64,000 nt of DNA from Blasia pusilla. Lineage: Eukaryota. Position 1 is the first letter of the stretch, and every line of letters begins with the position of its first letter. Made by a program: the position numbers and the translations under genes. The notes beneath the pieces are model-generated. The model saw nothing but the letters and a program-made list of their open reading frames with translations, was not told the origin of the DNA and made no database searches. Location of the stretch: the NCBI GenBank assembly GCA_050084515.1, contig CM114271.1, positions 6,324,001 to 6,388,000 on the forward strand, read 5' to 3'. Positions 1 through 11,039 of the stretch are shown here, piece after piece.

Positions 1-17
1 TCTTATGTTGAACCTTT

Positions 18-757
18 TATCACATCTTTGAGCATGGATCGACATGTATCCATAAAGCACCTTCGAGGAGATCGAAAGATAGCCTCACGAGGTCCAAGAT
101 AATCTGCTTAAGCCTCAATTACCTTGAGAGAGCGAGTTTCCCCTTCATTTTGGCTCATTTGGAGCTATATTGAGGAACTTTCTATTTCACATAAGTTCCT
201 ATAATGATCATATTTGACTTTTCTTTGATCCCCTGTAGTAGGTCAAAAGCCAAGAAGAGAGGGAAGGAGATATACCCAAAGAGGGGATCGGAGCTTGAAA
301 GCTCATTCTCTCTTCTTTGAACCTTTTGGCATGAGGCGGCGGAGCTATGATCCTCCTTCGTCGCAAACAAAAAAGTCTATAGTGCCCACGCTAGCAAGGA
401 CCTAGGAAGCGAGTCATGATCATGAGTCCAAGAAGGGAAGATCGAGAGTTGCAAAAGCCGCAAGAAACCGCCACCAAGCCATTTTGATGGATAGTTAATC
501 AAACACCAGTATGTGGGTCAGACACTACATTTGGGTTCAAGGCCAAAATCAAGATGTGGCTCGATTCCAAAAAATTATTTGCATTGTGAACCGTTTTGAC
601 TTCGATTTTACATGAGAAAGATGGGTGTATGGTCTTGGTGTACATGTGTGAGTGCATTTGTGTGTGCATTTGTATGTGTGCGTGTGGATGTACCCATGTG
701 TGTTGTGTAGATGTGAGCAGAAATATGGATTGTATAACAATGTGTATGCACGCAACA
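18..757 (+). repeat. Degenerate LTR of the local gypsy family (probably solo)
   Basis: Starts TATCACATCTT (cf. TGTCAC LTR starts at 7531 and 14467) and ends GTGTATGCACGCAACA (cf. GTGTGCGCACGACA at 7528). Positions 140-350 align by eye with the LTR segments at 7620-7837 and the reverse complement of 7960-8230. No clear TSD. Confidence 0.5.
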
Positions 758-768
758 TCATACAAAGA

Positions 769-1143
769 TGTCGTGCGCATACACATCGTTGTCATCAAAC
801 ACATACACAAACACGCACGATCCCATGTTTACTCATGGCATCCAAACAACGACACAAGAAGTACCAAAATATCTCTAATAAAATAAGATCCAATCTCTCT
901 CACAACACCATAATTCTCATATGTGTGCACTCTCACATGTCTCTCTCAATGTCAAACCAAACCCACTCTCCTAATGAGAGGTTTGGGTTACACACACAAG
1001 GCAAGCAAGACCATAGCTCCGCCGGCTCATGCCAAGAGGTTCAACAAAGAGAGAATGAGCCCTCAAGCTCTCTCTCCTTGAGGTATATCCCTCCCCTCTC
1101 CCAAACTCTCTCCATGGTAACCTATGCTCCCAAGTCACCTCCC
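769..1143 (-). repeat. Partial LTR in inverted orientation relative to the coding region
   Basis: Begins TGTCGTGCGC (reverse complement of the LTR 3' end). 879-1143 is a direct repeat of 7837-8100, and 769-880 is the reverse complement of 7401-7528. Confidence 0.88.
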
Positions 1144-2480
1144 AAGTGTGACTATTGTCATAGGTATGGTCATACATGCGCCACGTATTTCATTTTATAT
1201 CCTGAGTTAACGTCCGCACCGAGGGCCAAAGAGGGCACCAGAGCGAGTAGCCGGTCCAGGTGGTCCCGTTGGGGGACGAGGAGCTCGAGTTACTTGATAG
1301 GGTAGTGGAGCTGCCCGTGGAGGAGGTAGAGTCCCACCATCTAGACACGTTGAGGGAGATGTCAGACGTGAGGCTAGGATGGTTGCTCACATACAAGAGC
1401 TACAGGAGCAGATTGCCGTTGTGGCATTGAGGTTACCCAATGCTGGATCTGTGGCATCGACATCATATGGAGCAACCTGAGATACGGAGGATCGTGGTTG
1501 GATGTGCAAGGTTGCCCAGATGAAGGCATCCGCAGTTGTGATGCGTGGAGCAACCGTAGAGTTGGATCCAAAGCAAGGAGAAGCCATGAAACAGACCAGG
1601 CTTCCTCAGTCTTTCACGTTGTCCGAGGCGATGAGGACCCCATTGATGGGTCTTGATCAGAGTTCTTGGAGAGTTGGTGATGTTGTTGGTGTGTGGGCAC
1701 GGATCGCAATGGGAGAAGCGAGTGCAAAGACTCCTATTCCTCATGCTCATTAGGAGCATGTGCTGAGCACGTTGTTCGGGGCGGCCACCGTTGTGTACAG
1801 CGCTCCTTTACTTTCAGCTTTCGATGTTATGACGTAAGGAGATACATCCGCCGAGGTTTTTTGGCTGGCCGCTATGCTATGTGATCGTGGAGTTGGAGTT
1901 CCTGCATCACGTTCAGAGGTGATTGCAGAGGAGGTGATGGAGATGCCCTCGGAGGTGATGCTCGGGCCATCCACGTCAGATTCATGGCAGGCTGCGGCTG
2001 CTAGGATGGTGGAGATACCCGCTAGATCCGCGATACAGCGTGCCATGGCTTCTCCTCATGTTGTGTTGGTGGATAACAGGGGAGAGATCTTCCAGTTGGT
2101 GAGTCTTGGAGGTAGAGCTTTTAGTCCGCAACGCGTCTTGTTGGATTGAGGAGCGCAACCCCTGATGTTCGGGAAAGCGTCATTAAGAGGATTGGGCTTA
2201 ACGAGAGCCGATGTGGAGCGTTGTCCATTCCGGATATATACATCCTTGGATGGAATGAGTATCACACAATATATCATCCGTCAGGAGCTCGCAGTGAGCA
2301 TTCGCCCCGGACATCCTACAAATGAGTCCATAATGCGAGCCTAGGCGATAGTGATTGAAGTAGAGTCCTACGACGTCTTGGTTGGTGGAGCAATGTTATA
2401 TTTGATGGGTTTTTCCCTGGATTACTGGGAGGAGTCAACGTCCTACAGACACCAGGATGGCAGTCAGGTGATGGGTGCCT
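1144..2480 (+). pseudogene. gag C-terminal region and aspartic protease of the gypsy element
   Basis: CCHC-like knuckle CDYCHRYGHT at ~1147, and RVLLD*GAQPLMFGK at ~2131-2175 (intact LDSGAQP in the sister copy at ~11240-11285). Confidence 0.8.
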
Positions 2481-2859
2481 TAACTCATTACCCGTTCGAT
2501 TCACAAATGCACCGATCGAGCGACGGCCAGGAGAGATGGTGACCTTAGCAGCATTTAGCAGTGCCATCACTTGGCCTAGTGATTTGATTGAAGGACATGT
2601 CCATGCAGAGGATACTTCCATTCTTGACATTTCTATGGATATGAGTGTCATGGTAGCGGCATCAGTCTGTGGAAGAGAGGTGCCGCTTTGGGGCTCGACT
2701 GAGGAGAATTGACGCTTAGCCACTCAGCATGTGCTAACCGCGTGGAGCGAGACGTTTGCACCAGAGTATGACGGGTCAGAGGACCCCAAGTAGGCAGGAG
2801 TGTTGCTATGACCCCTTTGGACATCACCCCGATTGTGTGGTGCATCCTAGAGAATTTCA

Positions 2860-3860
2860 GCTGACACTTGGTTCTCCAGCATACATTTTGGAGAATGTGC
2901 CAATTTTGGGCGATTTGAGATCTCGTGTGGTGATGAGTTTACATCAGGTGCGCACATGGATTGGTTTGGCAGTGTTGTTAGATGCAACAAGTGTGGGTTC
3001 ACGAGCACATTGACCGCGTCTTTGGTGGACCAACTTGGTACCACACGAGGTGTTACGGAGGGCATATGCGAGAGTGAAGCGCCCCTCCGATTTTTTGGGG
3101 GATTCTATATTGGATCCGGATGGTCGATCATAGGCATTGAGGCCAGATGATCGACCGCCGTTGATTGTGGTCAATAGGATCAGTGCCTCATTCAGTTTTC
3201 ACAGTAATTGTTGTTGGGATTGGAAGAAGAGAGAAAGCAAGGAGTCTGTGAAGCCTGTAGACTGGCGTACAGGTTTGATAGCTGGGTTCTAAAGCCTTGG
3301 GTCTTGAGTTTTGATGATCAGAATGAGTGGTCTTCTTGTTAAGGAGAACTGAGCCCTGAATTTTGTATCTCAGAGTTCAGATTTATAATTGAAAGTGATT
3401 TGAGTGGTGAGTGGCGCGTGGAAAAGTGCTTTATTGCCAAAAGTTTCAATTTTGTCAATAGTGGTCACCTGATTTTGGCGTTTATTCTCACTCCACTTAT
3501 TTGTGATCCTCGGCTTTTTGAGCTTTGTGTGCTTATGTCATTGGGGATTGGTGATCATCGAATTTGTGGACGGTCGTGGCGACCTCCGCGTGGGACAAGG
3601 AATCGACCACGTGCAGCTTTTTCCACATTGGTAAGTTTTCTCGCTTCCTATGCATTCAAGGAGGCCAGACCTAGCTTGGTTTGGGATGACCAAGTACAGA
3701 GGTTGGTAGAGCCCAACACCAATGAGCGAGAACGAGTGATGGGATTCCTCACAAGAGTGACGGCAGTACCGTCATTATCAAAGGCATCACGACGTCATGT
3801 ATTGGGTCAGGAGATGGACCTCAACTGCTTGACATGGACTTTTAGCTTAGGAGTAGATTA
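2860..3860 (+). pseudogene. DNMT3/DRM-like cytosine-5 DNA methyltransferase domain (C-terminal part) inside the gypsy pol
   Basis: Motif VI YILENVP (2882-2902), motif VIII LDATSVGSRAH*PRLWWTNL (~2978-3037), and motifs IX-X EPNTNERERVMGF...SLSKASRRHVLGQEMD (~3709-3820). Motifs I and IV are not seen. About 0.4 kb of unrelated sequence interrupts the domain at ~3180-3600. Confidence 0.82.
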
Positions 3861-4329
3861 GCAGCGTTGTTTGAAGATGCAACAGATCACAATTGTTGCG
3901 TTGGTGAGTCCCATGCCTACCAAGACGGTTGAGGCAGCGGTTGGGGGCGAGACCCAAAGAGATCGAAACACCAGGGGTGATTGGGAGAGACACCCTTGGA
4001 CTTCTTGGGATGTTTTGCAAGTACGCCAAGAGATGATAGCCACAGCATCGAGTGTGGTTTCAAGTACTACACGTGGAGATGAGAGTTCTATTGTCCGAGA
4101 CGGGGTTGCACCATAGCAACCACCGACACCCGCGTCATAGAGTCCTACCGTAGTCACGATGGAGACTTGGGAGCCATATATAGACTCTAAGTTAACAAGA
4201 GGAGAGCGGCGCCGGATACACCAGTTCCTTAGGAGTTATAGGAGTTGTTTTGCATTTAGTTTGCATGATTTGGGTACGCTAAAGGGTCCACGCATCCGCA
4301 TTGAGTTGTTGAGTGACACGCGGATCTTT

Positions 4330-5600
4330 TGACGACCCTACAAGTACATTGACATGGAGAGGGCTCTGATTCAGAGTAGGAGCCAAGACTTGGTTGGAGC
4401 AGGACTAGTGGAGATGTCGCATGGAGAGTATGGATCTGTCACTGTCATGCCCACCAAGAAGGATGTGCATGGTAACTGGACAGATAGGCGGATGTGTGGA
4501 GATTATCGACCTATCAATCGGCAAACGAAGTCTGATAGATATGCCATGTGCACTCCTGAGGAGATCTTTGATGCGATTGGGCATGCAAAGGTCTTCAGTT
4601 CATTGAATTTGCAAGCCAAATACCATCAGCTGCCTATCAAATTCAAAGACATGTAGAAGACAGCATTTTGGGGCATTGATCATCACGGAAAGGATTGTTT
4701 GTACCAATGGCAGTTCTTACCATTCGGGCTAAATAATGCCCAGCCTGAGTTTCAGAGGGTCATGGATAGGATCTTGGAAGGTATGGATTTTTCAAGGTGT
4801 TATATTGATGACATCGTAGTCTTTAGCGCCACGATTGAGGAGCATGAGCGACATCTAGAGGAGGTATTTTGACGATTGCAGTTCCATGGGCTGAAGCTAC
4901 ATCCAAGCAAGTGCAAATTCTTCTATGGCCAGATTTTGTACTTGGATCATACGATATACCCAAGGGGCCTTCGTATGCAACAGACGAAGGTAGAGGCTAT
5001 TTCACGCATTCCACGCCCTACAGATGTGAGTCGAGTTCGTGCATTCATGGCATTGGCGAACTTCTATCGACAATACGTCAAGGGTTTCAGTTCGATTGCG
5101 AAGCCGCTAACCTTGATGACCAAGGTGAATCAGAAGTGGCATTGGAGGGATGAGCAAGAGAGAGCATTTCAAATGCTCAAGGACATATTGACGTCCGCGC
5201 CCATATTTAGGAGATCGATTAGGGGGCGTCCTTTCCAGTTGCATGCCGATTGGAGCATGTTGGGGCTTGGACCCGTGCTCACCTAGCATGACGATGATGA
5301 TAGAGAGTTCCTGGTGGATTACGCCAGTCGCTCGAACAACGATATAGAGGCGAAGTATAGCTCGTATGAGGGTGAGTGCTTGGCTGCAGTGTGGGTTGTC
5401 GCACATTTTAGATGTTATCTATTTGGCAATCCTTTTACCATCATTATTGATCATCAGCCACTTAAGTGGTTGATGGAGTCCGACAAGCTTATAGGGAAGC
5501 TTGCGAGGTGGGCTCTTTTGTTGCAGGAGTATGACTTCCAAGTAGTGCATAGACCTAGGACGCTCAACCAAGATGCAGATGGTTTGAGACATAACCCATG
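4330..5600 (+). pseudogene. Reverse transcriptase and RNase H of the gypsy element
   Basis: RMCGDYRPIN, LPFGL, YIDD (4801-4812), KLHPSKCKF, FQLHADWS, YASRS...YSSYEGECLA, DHQPLKWL, NQDADGL. Interrupted by stops. Confidence 0.93.
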
Positions 5601-5979
5601 CCCGAGTCAACGTGATACGACTAGAGCTCATTCGCATGGTCAGAGTGATGAGGAGTTGGTGTCAAGATGGCATGCGTCAGCCTATTTGGGCTTGTTGGCT
5701 ATGGAGAGCCAAATTGTTGAGACTTCGATGGCGAGGTCTGATGGAGAGTCCTTAGATCCAGAGGCCGTTGAGGAGACATCAGGTGGCCGAGATATTCACG
5801 ACGATGGAGTGGTCTTGGAGTACCTGCGTATTGGCAGCGTCGCAAGTACAGTGGGTGTTAGAGAGCGGGATCGGATCCTACAGCGAGCCAGACGGTTCCT
5901 GTGGGAGGGCACACATGTGTTGCAAGTGCGGAAGGATGGTAGAATGTGTGTAGTGCCTCATCCTTCACAGACAGTATGT

Positions 5980-7220
5980 TTGGTGCGTCATGCCCATGAG
6001 GAGTAGGGTCATTTTGGAGTGAAGCGGACGTACAACTTGCTCTAGATTCAGTATTGGTGGCGAGGCATGCAGACTGACGTTCAGCAGTTTGTTGCCAAAT
6101 GCATGGTGTTTGATCAAGTCCGAGCATCGTTCAATGCTCCGACTCCACACCTGCATCCATTTTCGATCATGGATGAAGGTTATAGATGGAGTTTGGATTT
6201 TGCAGGACGTTTGCCTTTGACGGAGCGCCATTGTTGTTATATGTTGGTGATGGTCGAGCACTTCTCAGAGTGGATAGAGTTCATTGCATTTCCTAACAAA
6301 GCGAGTGAGGGAGTAGCGTATGCCTTCCTAGATTGAGTGTTGAGTCATTATGGCGCACCAGCAAAGGTGTTGACAGACCAGGGTACAGAGTTTCGCGGGG
6401 AGTTTCAGGCCTTGTGTGATCAGGCATTGATCGACCACCGCACAACTTCGCGAGATCATCCTGAGGTGGATGGACTAGCGGAGCGGCTTGTGCGGACGGT
6501 GAAGAGAGGACTACGTAAGTATGGCTTTTAGAGAGGTCACCTAGGAGATTGGGACCTTCAATTGCCGTGGTTGGCGATGGGATACAGATTCAGCAAGCAT
6601 GCATCCTTAGCGTCTTTCTCACCGTACTTGTTGCTTTATGTTGCTTTGCGGCCATTCGTCGAGATGTTGGTGAGGTGTTGAACCTTGAGGACCCTAATGT
6701 ATGGATGCAAGCATGTTCTCAGAGAGCTGAGTTATTTCGGAGAGTGATGCCCATGGTGTTTGAGAACTTGGCGATTGCGCAACATCGGGATACGTTGAGG
6801 TATACGACTATTCGGGGAGGTGGTTATCGACCTACTATTTGGAGGTTTCATCAAGAATACTATGTCTACTTGCAGCAAACGGCATCCACGACCTTGGATG
6901 TGACTGCATAGCGCACCATCTTGAAAGTGCATGAGGTTTTGCCATCCGGTGTTCCCTTATTGGAGGGACGCGATGGTATGGTTTGGAAGGACCATATGCA
7001 TAATTGTGCACCATGTCATCTTTCGAACATTGACGGTACAGTTGATCCGAGCTTAGCAATAGTTCCTGCAGGCTTGTGGTGTATGTTGTGTGCTTCCGCT
7101 CGTGGTGCAGCCACTATGCTAGTCTGTGATGGGTGTTTGAGAGGATGGCATATAGCATGTTTGACGCCACCTCTCACTAGGGTTCCTCAAGGACGATGGA
7201 TGTGTCCCAGATGTACATAG
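5980..7220 (+). pseudogene. Integrase with C-terminal PHD finger
   Basis: HHCC-like HAHEE*GHFG, catalytic core WSLDF / LTDQG / GLAER, and terminal C4HC3 CMLC...VCDGCLRGWHIACLTPPLTRVPQGRWMCPRC (7080-7217) followed by TAG. Confidence 0.9.
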
Positions 7221-7400
7221 AGTAGGTAGTTCTACATTCTGACTTGTGTCTGTGACATGAATGACAAGAAGGCAACTAACAATTGGGCCACATGAGCACC
7301 CAACATTCTTTCTCTAAGCATCCGAGATATGTATGTCATGGTAGGTAGGGATAGATGGCTATCTAGAGTTAGAGGGACCTAATCACCAATTGTGGGGGCG

Positions 7401-7837
7401 ATTGGAGATATTTTGGTACTTCTTGTCTCGTTTTTTGAATGCCATGAGTTAGCATGGGATCGTGCGTGTTTGTATGTCTGTTCAATCATATTGATGCATG
7501 TTGTGTAGTGATGTGTGTGCGCACGACAACTGTCACTTCTTTTAAGATAGATCGGTGAGATCTAGTAGAGCATCTTTGTAAGTAGTAGAGGACAGGGTTA
7601 GTAGGTTGAAGATGACTTTTCGGCTCATTTGGAGCCATATTGAAGAACTTACTATTTTATGTAAGTATTTTGAGTATATGATTGACTTTCTATTTTTGGT
7701 AAATGACCCTTGACTTCCTACATCAGGTCAAGAGCCAAGGAGGTGACTTGGGAGCATAGGTTATCATGGAGAGAGCTTGGGAGAGAGGAGGGGTATACCT
7801 CAAGGAGAGAGAGCTTGAGAGTTTATTCTCTCTTTGT
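7401..7837 (+). repeat. LTR 3' end (7401-7528) joined through AC to an LTR 5' part (7531-7837)
   Basis: Junction reads ...GCGCACGACA-AC-TGTCACTTC. It follows the PPT-like TGTGGGGGCG at 7391-7400. 7531-7837 is the reverse complement of ~8000-8354. Confidence 0.8.
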
Positions 7838-8354
7838 AAAATAAGATCCAATCTCTCTCACAACACCATAGTTCTCACATGTGTTCATTCTCACATGTCT
7901 CTCTGAATGTCAAACTAAACCCACTCTCCTAATGAGAGGCTTGGATTACACAAACAAGGCAAGCAAGACTATAGCTCTGCCGCCTCATGCCAAGAGGTTC
8001 AACAAAGAGAGAATGAGCTCTCAAACTCTCTCTCCTTGAAGTATTCCCCTCCCCTCTCCCAAGCTCTCTCTATGGTAACCTATGCTCCCAAGTCACCTCC
8101 TTGGCTCTTGACTTGATGTAGGAGGTCAAGGGCCACTTACCAAAAATATAAAGTCGATCATATACTCAAAATGGTACTTACCTAAAATAGTAAGTTTCTA
8201 AATATGACTCCAAATAAACCGAAACGAAGGGAAAACCTACTCTCTCAGGTTTCTCGGGGCCTCAATAGGTCATCCTTGACCAACTGAGCATGTCCTATAC
8301 TACTCACGAAGACGTTCTACTAGATTGCACCGATCTGTCCTAAAAGACGTGACA
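7837..8354 (-). repeat. LTR (5' and middle part), inverted
   Basis: Ends GTGACA at 8354 (TGTCAC on the minus strand). Direct repeat of 879-1143 and inverted repeat of 7531-7837. Confidence 0.85.
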
Positions 8355-8359
8355 AATAG

Positions 8360-9190
8360 TAGAAGTGACTTTCAAGCATGATATGATCAAATATTGATAA
8401 ATCATCATATGAATTTTGGGGATTATTTAGAGGCCTACTTTTTGGTAGAGGAAGTGGTCTATGTGATGAAGGGAGTATTGCGTAAGTATGAACTCAAATA
8501 TAAACATTTAGAAGACTAAGATCTCAAATTTCAATGATTCGTTATGAATTATATTTTAAGTCCATAGTCATAACTCTCACCATATTTCTTGCTTTATGGG
8601 AGAGAGAAAAAATAATTGTCACATATTTTTCACGATTCAATCATATGAAAGTATTTTACCTCAATGACCTTCAAATATGAAAGAGAGATTATTCTTAATT
8701 GGTAGAGATATTTCAACAATTAAGAACTTGTATACCACTCAACATCAAAAAACTTTGAGATATACAACCATTCAAAGAGTTGATTATCAATCAAGTATTA
8801 AGAGGATTTATCCTTAAAATTATGTCTATCACCATCAAATAGTTTTTAAAAATTTGGAGTCGATGGTAATATACATCATTTTACATATGCAAGAGCTTGT
8901 GCCCTCATAAGTTTTTGTGTGGGAGGATCGGTATAGTATTATTTGGAAGGATCATGTGCATAATTATGTGTCATTTTGTATTCTAAACCTTAGACATAAT
9001 ATTGATCTAAGCTTGATAGTGATTGTGGCAACCTTAAGATGAAATTTTATAGGTTTACTAGAGGACCAACCATGGTACTAGTTGGTAATGAATATTGAAA
9101 AGAATGGCATACATTTGCTTGAGGAATTTTAATTCTATCTCTAGACTCCCTTCCTAGGCATATTTGACTTATTCCAACTATACATATGAT
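8360..9190 (+). pseudogene. Older, heavily decayed integrase-PHD remnant of the same gypsy lineage
   Basis: Collinear similarity to 6400-7200, e.g. GGAAGGATCATGTGCATAATT (8945) vs GGAAGGACCATATGCATAATT (6985), and GAATGGCATACATTTGCTTGA vs GGATGGCATATAGCATGTTTGA. Confidence 0.7.
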
Positions 9191-9494
9191 TGAATTAGTA
9201 GATTTTAAGATAAACCTTGATTTAATGGATTTAACGAAGATAACTAATAATGGGGTGAGATACCGCCAAACCTTTTTATCTTAGCTTCAAAAATATCCAT
9301 AATCTTTATTTTTGTGGCTATCTTGAGGAAGGGGTGTGCACATATACATCACTATCACTATCTACACATAAATAAATATAAAACATCATACTCACCCATA
9401 GCATCTTCATACAAAGATGATCGTGTACCAAAATATCTCCAAGAATATAAGTCACAATAAAGCTCTAACATACACTCGATGTCTCTCTCATGTC

Positions 9495-9498
<4 letters not shown>

Positions 9499-9552
<54 letters not shown>
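9499..9552. repeat. (GA)n microsatellite
   Basis: Direct reading. Confidence 0.97.
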
Positions 9553-9553
<1 letters not shown>

Positions 9554-10752
9554 CCTACTTGCTAAAAATATGCATAGTTTCATGAGATGATTGGATCTTT
9601 AACATGTAAATGATAGCCAATATATCATGGTTAGTGATGTATATTCACATAAACTCAACAGACCTTCACTTTTTCATCTAAAATTACCCTCAACCATTAA
9701 TATTTGGCATATTACCATCCAAAGTTCAAACATTTCTCAATCAATCATTCAAAGTTCAAACACTTTTGATATTTTTAAATTCCATACCTAGGGCCACATC
9801 CCACTTCTCAAGATACAATCCTATCCCACCCCACCCTCATTCCTGCAGGATCCCACAATCATCCCACCTTTCCAACCCCGCTTTGATTCATACCTTCCCC
9901 TCTTTATCTTGCCTTGTGGATCACTTTCCCTTTAGATACCCCCTCCCACTCTAAATTCCCACCTCGCGCCTCTTGGTTTGTGGGTCTATGATATATGCAT
10001 GGGAGACTCGAGTTCAAAAAATCCCATGTTTGAGGACAAGATTAGACATCTCTCCATATGTCCACACAAATTTTTGTTAGATACGCATTGATCCCTTTTC
10101 TTGCAACCATGTTCTAATAACCCTCATGATCTCAATTCAACTTATGAATCATCTTGATATATGCCTTCAATCTCTATTCTATGATGTATTTCCGCATAAA
10201 TTTTTTGTATAGCCCTGAAGGAATTCAATACAACCCTAAACTTGAGAAACAAACAAAAAGTGAATGTAAATTCAATGCATTGTATTCAAAAGTCACTTAC
10301 AACTTGCAATTACTTTTCGAGACCAAACTTATCATTTCGTGTAGAAACTACTAACCATACAAGATATTTCAAGATTATCAACACATCTTGACTAATCAAG
10401 GTTTCACACCGTTTCACCCATAGCATGGATCTAGTTCTTCTAGATCTTATTGTCAATATCACTACTTGTACAAGTGGATCTATTCTTGCTCCAACGACAT
10501 GTTTCATGGCTCTTGTGCCCATCTTGACTACTACTATAACTAGTTTAGTTTAGGTTTTTCCCTATTACTAACTCCAAATTTTCTTCATCTCTTACCAGCA
10601 ATCACGATTCATTTCTTGGGTCCCAGCATATGCATCTTAGGCTAAATTATTTTAAATCTAAACACAAACATCTTGAATTTCTTGCTTGCTAGCTATGTTG
10701 TTGATTCAAACATACAAATGCATACCAAAATATCACTTCTTATAATAAATTA

Positions 10753-10922
10753 CTAATGTAAAGCTCATGCCATACACAAGAGTGAAGGGACTAACTATAC
10801 TGCATATAAATTCAAACAAAAACTCCCGTAATTTGTTAAATATTTTCTTGTTGTTCAGATGTCAAATGTCAAATAGAAAGGTATTTGCAAATCAAGAAGG
10901 CATTCTCCAATAATAATATAGA
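10753..10922 (-). mobile_element. Short non-autonomous Helitron-like element
   Basis: Minus strand reads A|TCTATATTATTATTGGAGAATGCCTTCTTGATTTGCAAATACC...TCCCTTCACTCTTGTGTATGGCATGAG...TTAG|T. Same family as 14527 and 20103. Confidence 0.65.
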
Positions 10923-11039
10923 TTATTTTTCATGGGAAGAATTATGAAAGGTTGGTCTAAAAGAGAAGTTGCATTTCTTCCACTCCAATTCCTTGCTGCA
11001 ATCCAATTTTTTGGAAAAGTGAGCGACATTTCATCGGTG

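Larger units (their letters stand above)
769..8354 (+). mobile_element. Ty3/gypsy LTR retrotransposon (gag-PR-C5 MTase-RT-RH-INT-PHD), decayed and with rearranged LTRs
   Basis: Domain order: gag zinc knuckle (CDYCHRYGHT), protease (VLLD*GAQP), MTase motifs, RT (YIDD at 4801), RNase H, integrase, PHD. LTR pieces at both ends. Many in-frame stops and frameshifts. Confidence 0.93.
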
